Shown here piece by piece: positions 27,563-39,601 of a DNA stretch of 64,000 nt (the stretch's first letter is position 1; each line of letters begins with the position of its first letter). The position numbers and the translations under genes were made by a program. Below the pieces are notes generated by a model, which was not told the DNA's origin, searched no databases, and worked only from the letters and a program-made list of their open reading frames with translations. The stretch is taken from assembly GCA_964035545.1 (NCBI GenBank), contig OZ037767.1, forward strand, positions 3,173,680 to 3,237,679, given 5' to 3'. The stretch comes from Bugula neritina. Taxonomy: Eukaryota; Animalia; Bryozoa.

Positions 27563-30500
27563 ATGTGGAAAAGGTTGCGGATATATTTATTTCGAAATAA
27601 ATTGAAAGTCTTTACTATCATTTGGATTTTAATTTTATCAGTCAACATTTACCAACAACGTAAAAGTCAGTCAACGTACATAGAACTAGATAATGCAGCT
27701 GAGAAAAACCAACTACACAAACAATCTCGACTTCCTGAAACAAAGGCAGCGCCTCTCCAGATCAAGTCAGCAAATAAAGGAGATAGAGTAAACTCCTTCC
27801 AACCTTTTTCTCTGTATAATGAACCACTAGATAACTCTGTTTATGGTAAGTGAGTTGGTTATACTTCTGCTGTGTTGAAGAGATATAAATTGAGAACCTT
27901 ACTGTCATAAGTGAGTCATAACGCTGCTGCCAGTAAATAATGTGTACTTTTTGAGGTGAGAATAATTATTTTTGAAGTAAAGTGATTCAATCTGGGAACT
28001 CCTATGTTCTAGATGAGAAACAATGCAAACAAATTATCTTCTCAAAAAATTAATAAACTAATAGAAGTCATGGTATCAAAAATAAAAAAAAACTTGAGCA
28101 ATTAAAGTGTATACAATGCTTGATGTCTCATATTGAACCTAGTAGTTTGGGTTTGTGCAAGCAAATTTCAAAAATAATCTTTTAATGTTAATTGACCACC
28201 TTCTAGTCTTCTAAACTTACCGTTAGCTTTACTCTTAGTTACCATTTCAACTGTAGGCCTATGCAGAAATAACCCAACCTGTAGGTGCTACATTTTACTA
28301 TATTTCTAATGTACTCTTATAAGAATCAACAGAATCTACAACCATTCAAAAATCCCAGTTTGAAAACGGCATTTTAAAAATGAGCAAATTTAAAAAACTT
28401 TTATTTTTGAATTGTAATTTTTGAAACTATTTCATAAGTCTGAGTTCTTATTTTTGCTGTGTTACTTTAGAGCACATACCTGAAAGCTTCCGTACTAACT
28501 ACTCAACTGTGAAAAGTATAACTTACAGTTTCTCACCTACAATCAGAAAGGAAGGACCAGGATTTACCTTGATTACCATGTTTAACTTATTTACAGGTAA
28601 CTCTGCATACTTGTACTGTGTAGTGTTATATAAGATTGGATAATCTTAATACTATAATACAATCATTTGTCAAGAGATTATTTGCCTAGATGTTTAAGTA
28701 ATCATAACATAATTCTACATCAGAATCTCAGGCTTCTGATAGTCAAAACTCTAGACTCTATAGAGTTTTGTGTTAATGAGTGGGCAACTCCTTATTGCAA
28801 CTTCTAAATATTATATTACTGTAGTGCATTCATAATTGCCAGCCTGTAGGCTGTTTGAATGAAAATCTAATTAAGTTGAAATGCAATAAAGATGGCTTTC
28901 ACAGTTTTATTAGTCATCATCGCTATTATTTGTAGTTTCTGTATAAATACTTTAGCTGTAGATACTGTAGCTGTAGAGAATGCATATCTTTGGAAGTTGT
29001 AGCTATAACTATAATTATTTGCATATAGTAGCAGAGTCTTGCTATCTTTCAGTGAAAAAGGAAGAGAGAAATAGTAAATAAACTAATTGATTTCTATATT
29101 AGGAGAGAAATAAAATAGAACTCAAGAGGTTTCTTTTTGTATGAATGGCGTAATTTCTTTCTGCTTAGGCTGTGCTTTTTCAGTTCTAGAGCCGAAAAAA
29201 ATTCTTTTTACAGTATCATTTAGGACCTGGGCTTTTAAAAACCCAACTTTTGTTGTCAACAGTACATACTAATTTTTGAAGAGAGTAGAAACTAAATATA
29301 TTTGCTTTAAATTTATATTATGAAGACAATTAACGTCATTTAGATAGCAACAGATGTCTTTAATCTCATCCTTATCCCATTTCTTATCGCTGTCTAGTTT
29401 GCACATAACTATTGCTAGTTAATATTTTCTAGTCCTTCTTACAACATATTATTATCATTATATAACTCAGTACATGTTTATTTTTCGCTATAATCCACAG
29501 GACAAGCTATAGAAGGATACGACAAGGAAAGTTTACAAAATCAAATCAATAGAAACTGGGAGTACTTATCAACTATAAAAGAGAATATTAAACATGAACA
29601 GATCAAGAGGGTTGTCTTGCTCTACGCAGATGATAACTCTATCAAGGTAATCTGATTGGTTTTATTCAAAGGGTTAAAAGTCAAAGTTGATAGTTGGTGT
29701 AGAAATCGTGTCCCCATGCATTATGCAATGAATTTCTCATTTGGTGTGTATATAGGAACAGTGTCAATTGAGTGAAACCACAACAATAGAAATGTGTAGT
29801 TTTTTCATTCGTTATGAAAATTAATATTTGATGCTTGAGTGAAATAGCTTTACTTTATTACTTTTTGCTCTTTTGTACTTCAAACTAACACAGTATACAA
29901 GCTGAAGCAGCTAAGAATATAAATGTAAATACCACCATGCTTTATAATATAGCATATTATTGCTATACTGATGTTATTATTTATTTTATGCTATAAATAA
30001 GCACGCTATTGTAAAGTATCACCTTGCAAACATATGTAAACATAAGAAATATACAATGGATGTTATGTAAACATTCTGACAAGTGAATATAATAATAATG
30101 ATGTTAGCAGGCAGCTGCTAGTACTACCACTGCAGGTAGTGAGTAGTGAGATTTATATTATTATAATAGTTATACAAATTCCTTCTAGTTTTATAATATA
30201 TATTTTTATGTTTAATATTTTCTATTCTAATAGGCTGGTGATTCTGTAAGTTGAAATTGGAGAATAAAAAAATTACTTTGAATGTGTTTGAAGAAAGTAC
30301 AAAGCAAAACATATAAAATAGTAAGCTCAACTTTGCCACAAAGAGCAAACTCGATATGATTGAGATCTACTTATGACTCACTAAGTCAAAACCAATCGAT
30401 GAATAAACTTGAAAAACAATTAGGCAATAAAAACTGCATTTTATATCATTTTTGCTTACCTTTTACAAATTCAAAGAGTAAAATGTGAGAATTAAAGGGG

Positions 30501-32686
30501 TTTTAAAAATTTACTGAACTAGTTGAACTAAACGAAAGATTTCAGACATTAAACTCATCTTGATTATGTGTAGAGTGAATTAATGTGCTTAGGAAGTGGC
30601 TACAAGGTTTTGAAGTTTTCTAATTTTGCCAACTTATTATTCTAGGTGCTGTACCAGCAAAACTGGGTGAACAACTCCAAAATATTTCCCATGAAGATAC
30701 CAAGACTGATTCACATGTCAGATTTCTTCAATATATCATCAATATATTTACTAGATGAGCCAGTCATAGCTGCTAATGGAGATATTCGTACGTTATTATT
30801 CTGGTTTGTTGGTTTTGTTGTGTTTGGTCTAAAGCTGAACAATGGTACATAATTTGATTAAATATTTATAGCATTGATGGTAGCACATAATGAATGATAA
30901 TTTCTTTTATTATAAATTTGTGTTCTCATTTTGTTTTTTGTAATTTAAAAATGTCATTTTAATCAATTTTTGTAAATTTTTTATTAGAGCTTTTTAGGTA
31001 TATGACCTACCATTAAGTTAATTTAATTCTAATATTATAAATAAATTATAATATTTTAAACAATTTTGGTTAAATTCCAACCTCATATTTAAGTATTAGC
31101 TACTATATCTTTATATGTTTACTACATAATATTTTAGCAAATAGCATTGCTTTATTTTTATAGTAAATATATGTCTCTGGGATGGGCATTCTGGTTGACC
31201 ACCCTGACTTTGAAACCTTTTGTACCAGTTCTGAGACTACTAAAAGACTGCATAACTAAAATACATGTAGTTTACTTATAATTGTGCTATCTTTTATTTA
31301 TATATGTTTATTTATACTATTATTTATGAACGGATTTATCTATATATTCAGATATTTATCTGCATATTTATTTATATAGATTGTTATATTTTGTGTTTTC
31401 ATTGTTTTATAGTTATTGGAGAAAACTTTGACCAAATAGATACTATACGACTCCGAGATACAAAAACTCTGTATACGCTAACCAGGCATGGTAATAGGGG
31501 TTTTGGAGATTGCGTGGCACAATCAATGTGTCTAATGAAATACTACGGTAAGATAGCAGTATGCATTATGTTATACATGATAGTGTATCATACATTACGC
31601 CTTATACATTATATAGTATTATATTCTATTATATGTTATACTTCTTGTATAATATTCTTTAAAACTCACACAAGTTTATATTTGCTATTCATGTGAGAAA
31701 CCTCTGATAGAAAGGGTTTTTGTTAGAACAGGCTAAGTATTTGGTTTAGATGAGGCTCAGGAGCAATTATGACTGGATGCTCTTCCTAACATCACCAATG
31801 GCCTTTGTCGGGTTGAACCCATAACTCCGTGTTCACAAAGCAAACGCTTTAACCCCTAGACCACGGCTGCTCCCCTTGTATAATATTCTTTACACGTGTA
31901 AATATTGTATATATATTGTATGTATATTGTATATATATTGTATATATATTGTATATCTTATATATCATATATCATTCTCTGTTCTTCTGTAAATCTAGGC
32001 TCCCATGACACACATATATTCAGGCTAAAGAGTCCGGTACCAGCTACAGCACTGCAACACCTCAACTACCCTGTGAATTTGCAGCAAGCTGAAAATGGTA
32101 AGTGAAAGTAAAATATGTAACTTCTACTATATTGTCTGCTTTCTTTTCTTTTGCTTGTATATTAATCATTGCTCAAGATGTATGCAATAATATTATCTTT
32201 TTAGTAGTTTTATCAGTTTTATGGTTTGAGAAGTATGCAGTAAAGTAACAACTATAATAATATGTTAATAATAGCTTTGCCAGTTTTGTAACTGGTATTT
32301 GCATTCACTACAGTATAAATATGAAGTTTATAAACTCTAGCTACTTCAATATAGTGATACTTCATTATTGTAAACTATTTTTGCCTTCAATGAAATTCAA
32401 ACCACAGACCTCCGGTCTTGCAAGCTGGTGCGATAAACACTACACCACAGGGGCTACAGGACTCCTAACAGCAATAATATCTGTTACAGGTATGATAGGC
32501 ATATTAAAAACGGAACTGAAGTTTACAGTGTACAATCCCTGCCCTATCCTCAAGACCTACCATATACACTGCAGCCAAATAGCAAAGAGACTGAAAAAAG
32601 GACAGGATTCTATCAGGGACCCTCCTTGGAGTATTAGAATAATAAGAACTAGTCGGCCGGTCCACTCTCTCAAATACGGGCCGTAG
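27563..32686 (+). CDS. Uncharacterised type II membrane protein, putative GT-A-fold glycosyltransferase; about 375 aa
   Basis: 7 phase-consistent exons: 27563-27845, 28471-28596, 29501-29646, 30646-30787, 31413-31547, 31999-32097, 32490-32686 (1128 nt). Short basic N-tail plus signal anchor (VFTIIWILILSVNIY) and a stem, then RNWEYLSTIKENIKHEQIKRVVLL, VIAANGDILI, YTLTRH, GSHDTHIF, AEN, VYNPCPILKTYHIH. The gene model is solid; the enzyme call is an inference. Confidence 0.75.
31712..31873 (-). mobile_element. tRNA-derived SINE copy in an intron of the putative glycosyltransferase
   Basis: Reverse complement begins ggagcagccgtggtctaggggttaaagcg (A box), then gggttcaaccc (B box), then the core ggtgatgttaggaagagcatccagtcataattg. 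Colinear with 55182-55348. Confidence 0.85.
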
Positions 32687-34747
32687 TGGTAGCCACCCTT
32701 TACTAAGCATTCTGAACTATAGCTATATTATACTTGTTCTATAGTTTTTTGCAGTAGCATCATATGCTATATGCTATATGCTATAACATTATGTTGAATG
32801 ATATATATTTTATTATATCAGCTGCAATGAAAATGAGTTACTAATACTGTATTGTTTTTACATGTAGCATAACTATAAATATAAATTGATTATTTTGTAT
32901 GATATCTTGGTAAAATCTAATATTTATATAATATTAAAATATTTAATTACTGCAAAATCTTAAAATACGACACCAGACTGAATTAGAATTAAAAAGTATA
33001 ACTTGTACATTAAGTGATAGCTAACAATACACAAAAAAACCTTTTACTCAAAAGCCGCTGTTACAGAAGCTTCAACCAATTAAAACCATATCAAAAATGC
33101 CACACCCATTGTAAGGTAATGGTGGATATATGATGCATTGCATCTCTCTGTACTGTTAGTAATATTAAAAAGCCTTTCTCAATTATTTCAACTAGCATTT
33201 AAACATTCTATATTTCAACAAAATATTTTAGAGTGTAGCTTAGTTTCTATAAAACAAAGCGTGGACATTATATTATATATGAGTAGCTGCCATTGATGTA
33301 GATGCGAATGCAGATGTTCAAACCGATACTAAGACTGACAAATTTCATTATATTTCTTTAGAAACATAATACAATTCATGCAGCTTCTCATGCAGTTATA
33401 AAATTGAATAGCGCACAAGTTAGATTAAACATGACTTAGCAATTTCAATTCTGTATAGAAGAAAGTTTGTAAGTGACGAAGAAAGTCAACTAAACTTTTG
33501 TATGCATTTTGGAGAAATTTAATCCCTGAACAGAAATATGAACCAGGCGAATCATATTGACATGATAATTGAATAATTCAATAATACAGCTCAACAGTTT
33601 ACTGCTACTTCCTCCTACGTGGGTTGTGGTAAACATAGACCTACATTTCTATAGCTTTATCATTTGAGTAATCTATGTCGGCCATCTTTGATTGTAGGTC
33701 AATAAAATTTTATACCCTGCATGTTTGTAGGAAAGAGCAGCCATGTGTGCCAAGCATAAAATTCATTTTTTGACAATATTCTTCTAAGTTCCTAAATGAA
33801 GCTAATTAAGTATCTAAGTATCCCAAACTTGTGGTAAATTTCTCAATTTTTGCTGACGAGAAGTTTTGAATTTGAATCATATATAATGTAAGTTATGTTA
33901 CACGAATATAGTTTCACTCCAACAGTGTATGGAGGCAAGCATGTTCTATACAAACTATATACTATAGAAAGACACTAAGGTTTTCAACATGTCCTGCAGC
34001 AACAAAGAAAAGCCTGTGTACCAGATTAGAAATGTGGCAATAGAAGTCATGCTCCTTCAAAAATTTTAGCCTAAACCAAAATCTATTTAGAAAATTAAAG
34101 ACCTTAGGTTATTTCAAGTTATTGCAATTCACAACAGAGTTTTCTACTCAAAGTATGCATGTATTTACCACGGCTGCAACATATCTCCAGATCTAATTAT
34201 GTCATCAAATAATTTCATTGATAATCTTTAGGATTCCCTTTTGAATAACATACATACTTTGCTAACTGAATGACTTTTTGACCAAATATTTAGTGTTCTG
34301 TAGCCTTGCTTCTAGGCATAAACAAACCCTTATTAAACAACCAATATCAGAGTATTTATACCAGTAGAAACAAAGCTAATACTTGAAATCTAATTAGCCT
34401 AGGAAATATCTGTAAAGAGCGGGAGGTACTATTACATGCCCCAACATTGTCACGAATAATAAAAAGATGTTTATCCGGATGAATAACTGAGAAGTGATGA
34501 AATTACATGTGCTAAATTACACAGCACTTTAATATAATGAAATATGTTTGTTCACTGCTGAATCAATGTTGTTGAAAAAGAGGAAGTGCATGCTGTTGAT
34601 CATATCTATTCAGGGCAGATCAACAAGTTGTTGTGTGCATTCAGGATACTGACATACCACTAGCTGTTGGTATCATTAGACACTCACGCGAGCACTAATA
34701 TTTAGTATCACTCTCTGATTGAACTCTTTTACCTGCTACAATCTCTT

Positions 34748-35658
34748 ATGGCGTCTAATCCACTATTCCTACTTATATTTGGCGCCGTCTTTGCTGAAGG
34801 TAAGTTTTTCTTAGTTAGAAATGTCCAGTAACTGTTTACTTTGTATCTGATGATGGTTGCCATGTATTATTAAAGAGGGTAGATTTTACAACTTGTATAC
34901 CTAAGTTGGGTCATTTTATAGGAGCAGTAGTGGAGAAATTGAGGTATAGACTCAGCTCTATAATTTTCTTAGTAAATTTTGCTTTGGGGCTCAGACTGAA
35001 ACTCTTGGGAAAACATAACTTCTTTTGATATATTTCTAATTTAGAGCACATGGTTTTTTCTCAATTTCTCCATTACTGCACTTACCTAAGTTGGGTACTC
35101 ACTGATAATAAAAGTATTGTCTTTTTACAGCAACAGTCCTTCCATATAGCTATGAATTAATTGGTTGCTATCAGGATAGGACCATAAACAGAGCATTATC
35201 TGAGAAGATGATGGACATGAGAGCAGCTGCCACAGTGGAGCTATGTGTCAGCTTTTGTTACGATTGGAGTAAGTCAACATGTATTTGAGTGATTGAACCT
35301 ATTTATATTGAGAGCAGCAGACTGTAGTGGTTAAAGCACTTGCATATAATATAGTTATAGGTGTTAGGCCATTAGTTTGAATTCTGGCAGTAGAATTAAG
35401 TTTTCAAAACCCCATCAAGGGCTTTCACAGTGTTGGAGATTTCAAACATCATGATTTGAAAATTAAAACCCAGTCACCTATCTTATCACAACACCTGATC
35501 TCAATTTTTAGTAGTAGTATACATACCAGATTAGTGTGGTCAATGACTGTTATTTAGTATTTTGTTATCTATTTCTTAAAAGAGCTGAAAGTTTAAAGCA
35601 ACTGTTATTACATTTGCTTCTACAACTTGAATTTGATGGTTTTTAAAAACTACAAAAC

Positions 35659-35724
<66 letters not shown>

Positions 35725-38647
35725 TTGAATAAAATATTCATATTTTAGTTGTACCTATATGCTAAAGCTGTATATACGATACAGTAAATATCCTAATAGC
35801 AGTTGCAATCCTTCTTTACATTTTTATTTCTAGAAGTCAAAAGTTTGCTATTAGAGTGATCTTTATTTTCTAGATTTTGAATATGCCGGACTACAGAATA
35901 GAGTTATGTGCTACTGTGGAAACTCAGGCTACAATAAATATGGATCTTCGACTAACTGCAAAAAAAAATGTAAAGGTGACTCAAGTCAAACTTGTGGTGG
36001 TAAAAGGCAGAATACTGTATATAGAATAAGTAAGTATAGCAACATGTAATTTTACAAATTTTAAAATATTCAAACTTTAAAAAAACTCATTAGTATGGGT
36101 GCGTGCGTGTGTGCGTGGGTTTGTGTGTTGTGAGTATAGTTTTTGCTTAAGTTCTGTTCAGCATGTAACTTATCATTATATCTATTAGTTTTTATTAATA
36201 TTTATTGCTGTAAATATTTCTTACTATATATTCAATTTACTTCCTGTTACTATATGTTACAATTTTGCTTACTAGTTCCGATAACAAGCACAGCCATGCC
36301 CACTACTACAACTACTACAACACCAACTACTACTACAACTACTACTACAACTACAATGAAGTCTACCCTAACTACCACTTCCACTACACCAGATGTCTCT
36401 ACTACTACAGCATCTATAAGTCACCAGATAACAGCAATAGAGAGCATCTCAGATGTTGGTAATGCAACTCTAACTGATGACGGTACGTGGGTATTACTAC
36501 TATATGCGTATATCATATATATGCATATTATGTGTATTATATATTTATTATATATAATATATATTATGTATATTATGTGTGTGCATGCATATTTACATAT
36601 GCTATTGTATTTACAAAAGTAAACTTAAAAGCACTTTATTAATTCATTATTCATTCATCTAAAAAACAATTTTCAACTCCTGCTAGGCGACCAGGTATTC
36701 AAATTTGAATCTTTTCAAAGTTTGATTTATACATATACTGACACATTTTCAGAGTTACAGGCAAACCAACTAACCAATGTCTAAGAATTTTCTCAGCTCT
36801 TTGACACTATAGTGAAATTCTTTAATAAGCAGTTTTATTATGCTCCTAAATGATATTATATGTCACTGAATATATGATAAAATTTGCTTTACTAAAAAAT
36901 ATAACAAATTAATTAAGTCATATTTTTCAAAAAAGTTTTTGTTTACTTTTGTAAAGTTATGGCTTATTTTGCCGAAAAACGCAGCTTCTCAAATATTTTG
37001 ATATTGATGATTTGCAATAAAACCTATAATAACTTGTTGATTAAGTTGTTTTCACAATAAGTGTTTGATGTATCTGCAAGCAGATCATAGGCACATAAAC
37101 ACTCTTTGTCAAGAAATTGTGAAAATAACTTGTTAATTAACACCTAATAAAATTTCTATTTATTTAAACAACATAATATTATATTAAATGTATGCTGTTT
37201 TCTATAAATAATTCAACTTTCAATAGTAGAACAAAGTGTACACATAGCTCAATGCTTTGCCAAACTGAGCACTTATACTAAAAGCCTGACCCTACTTGAA
37301 TCTTTTGAACAAAACATTTGAATAATTACTCATATTAAACGTAAAAGTAGTAATTCTGTGTTTCAACATAGGAATGCCTGTGATCCTGGGAGTCTATATA
37401 GGAGCTGGAGTAGGGGTGGTGGCTGTAGCTGCCCTTATTGCCATTCTGATATGGTTTCTTGTGGCAAGGTAAAATTTTATTACACTTATAGGATAACATT
37501 ATAACCATTTATTTTTTGTTATTTTTCATGCAAAGTAGCAGGTTTTAACTAACTTATAAGTATCTGCAGTTTCTATTTTAACTATTTCAATTATAATATT
37601 ATAAATTATAAATTATCATACTATTTTAACTATTTCAATTATAATATTATAATTAAGCATTAGAGCTCCTAGTTTGGCATGTTTTGGGTAACTTATTTCT
37701 ATTTTTGATAATTTTTAGAGTGACTTATTGTTTTTAATTGTACAATTAATAACTCCTTGATGAAAACATGCTACATTGTTAACAAATAGCATCTTAAATT
37801 GGCTACTGTTTATTTATGCTCGTGCCTACAGATTTGAAAACGTTTGACTAATTTCCCATTAATTCCAGCTCATTCGTTTCATACAACAACTTATACAAAT
37901 GAACTGGCATTGATTTTCGTTTCTGCTTGCCTCATCAATTAAGTTTTATATAAAATATTTATGTTTATTTAGAAGTTTGAACTTATTTTATTTTATTTAT
38001 TTTTGTTTTATCAAAATTTTTAACAAGAAGTAGAAATAATATGGGGTGTCACCAAAAGAAGTAACCATACGGCCCATTTTTACCTAATAGTAAAGGAGGA
38101 TCGAGGAGTGTATTTAATATCTTGAATTGCTTATATATATTTACATCAACAAAAAAGCGTGTGAATGTATAATTGCAGGGGAGTCATAAACTGTAAAAAA
38201 GATCAACCTGATAACAGCCTGAAGTACAACAACCCGACTTACATGGTGACAGGCATAACTGACCGCAACAACTACCCTGACTCAGCTACACCAAACTTTA
38301 CCTGCGTGCCTGCGGAGTCTCCTCCCCCTAGCTATAGCGACAGCATGATATACGCAAATATTTTTCCATATTCAGCCAATCATAATGACTCTACTAATTG
38401 TTTAACCTATGACACTCCTGTAACCAATCAACTTGTAGCTAACCCTGATCAAGGTGTCACCGAAATGACAGCTGAACATTCAACCAGCTCACAGGTAACA
38501 GCAAGTAAACAAGCAAACAATGGAGATGTATATGCAGTTGTGTGTAAGAGTAGGGGAGACAACTTCAGTGGTGACGCAGTATATTCCTTGGCAGGCGAGG
38601 CTGAAGATGATTTGGTTGTTGTAGAAAATGACTTGTATAGCACATAG
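34748..38647 (+). CDS. WSC-domain type I transmembrane receptor A (SP-WSC-Thr-rich stalk-TM-Tyr-motif tail); 372 aa
   Basis: Exons 34748-34799, 35131-35268, 35874-36029, 36276-36482, 37372-37468, 38179-38647 (1119 nt). WSC: YELIGCYQDR..RAL..ATVELCVSFC..YAGLQNRVMCYCGN..CKKKCKGDSSQTCGG..VYRI. TM: VYIGAGVGVVAVAALIAILIWFLV. Tail: YNNPTY, PPPSY, IYANI, VYAVV, VYSL, ENDLY. Confidence 0.9.
35310..35400 (+). mobile_element. Degenerate SINE tRNA-like head in an intron of WSC receptor A
   Basis: gagagcagcagactgtagtggttaaagcac..agtttgaattc resembles the 5' end of the 55.3 kb copy. Confidence 0.5.
35661..35720. repeat. (TA)n microsatellite
   Basis: Direct. Confidence 0.95.
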
Positions 38648-39601
38648 CCTTGCTGTTAAATACAAATAGTGTGTAAATATAATAATATGTTATATTATAT
38701 AAATATGCTATACTAAATAATTGCTTGACAATCTGTGTATAATAGATAATATCTCTAAATAATAAGCATACAAACTACCACATTATATAATATAGTACAG
38801 TATACTATAACATATAAATAAATACAAAATGTTATTATTACAAAGTAAAATGCATTTTTTGTAAAATAGACTTATTCTTTTATACAATATATAAATAAAA
38901 TATAACATCAATAGATTAAGCTGAAAAGACAATGATTATTTTATAGCAGTATCAGATTCACGCATATCTTATAAACTTCATCATGTGACAGCTAATTTCC
39001 TGAGTTTTTATTAGGCCAATAATAGAGGCATCACAACACTAGGCAATATGGTGTCTCATGGCTTTTCAAATTGAACATTCTTGATTTTTACAAAAAAGCC
39101 CCATATGCTATGTTCCCACCTGTCCATCAATAGAAACTAATAAATCTATCAATTGGAATAATATGTAACAGGTTAATTTGAGTCTGATTTTAACTGGTGG
39201 CAGACCATAGACAAATCTCAACTTCCTCGAAGTAGAATATGGTAAACAGTTGCGATAAGCTGTAGGTCAATCAAACATGTTCCAAAAGCCTCTGTACCAA
39301 CCTTATAGCAGCATATATCATTAACAGTTTCTAAACCATCATATAAACTGTAAGAAAGCTCAGTCTCTTGCATGGCTCACAGTTTATCAAAAACAAACAT
39401 GAGATTAGATAAGAGCATTGCTTAAGCTTCACACCACACAGTGATTGTTGAAAACTAAAAACAGAGAACTTAAAGCTACGGTGGTTGACTATATATAATC
39501 AGTATGCAACTTTATTAAATATTCAATGTAGTTCTTAGTGAAACTTGTAATTGACAGTAACTGCAGTTTGTAAACCAATAGCTTACAGTATTCTGTCAGG
39601 C

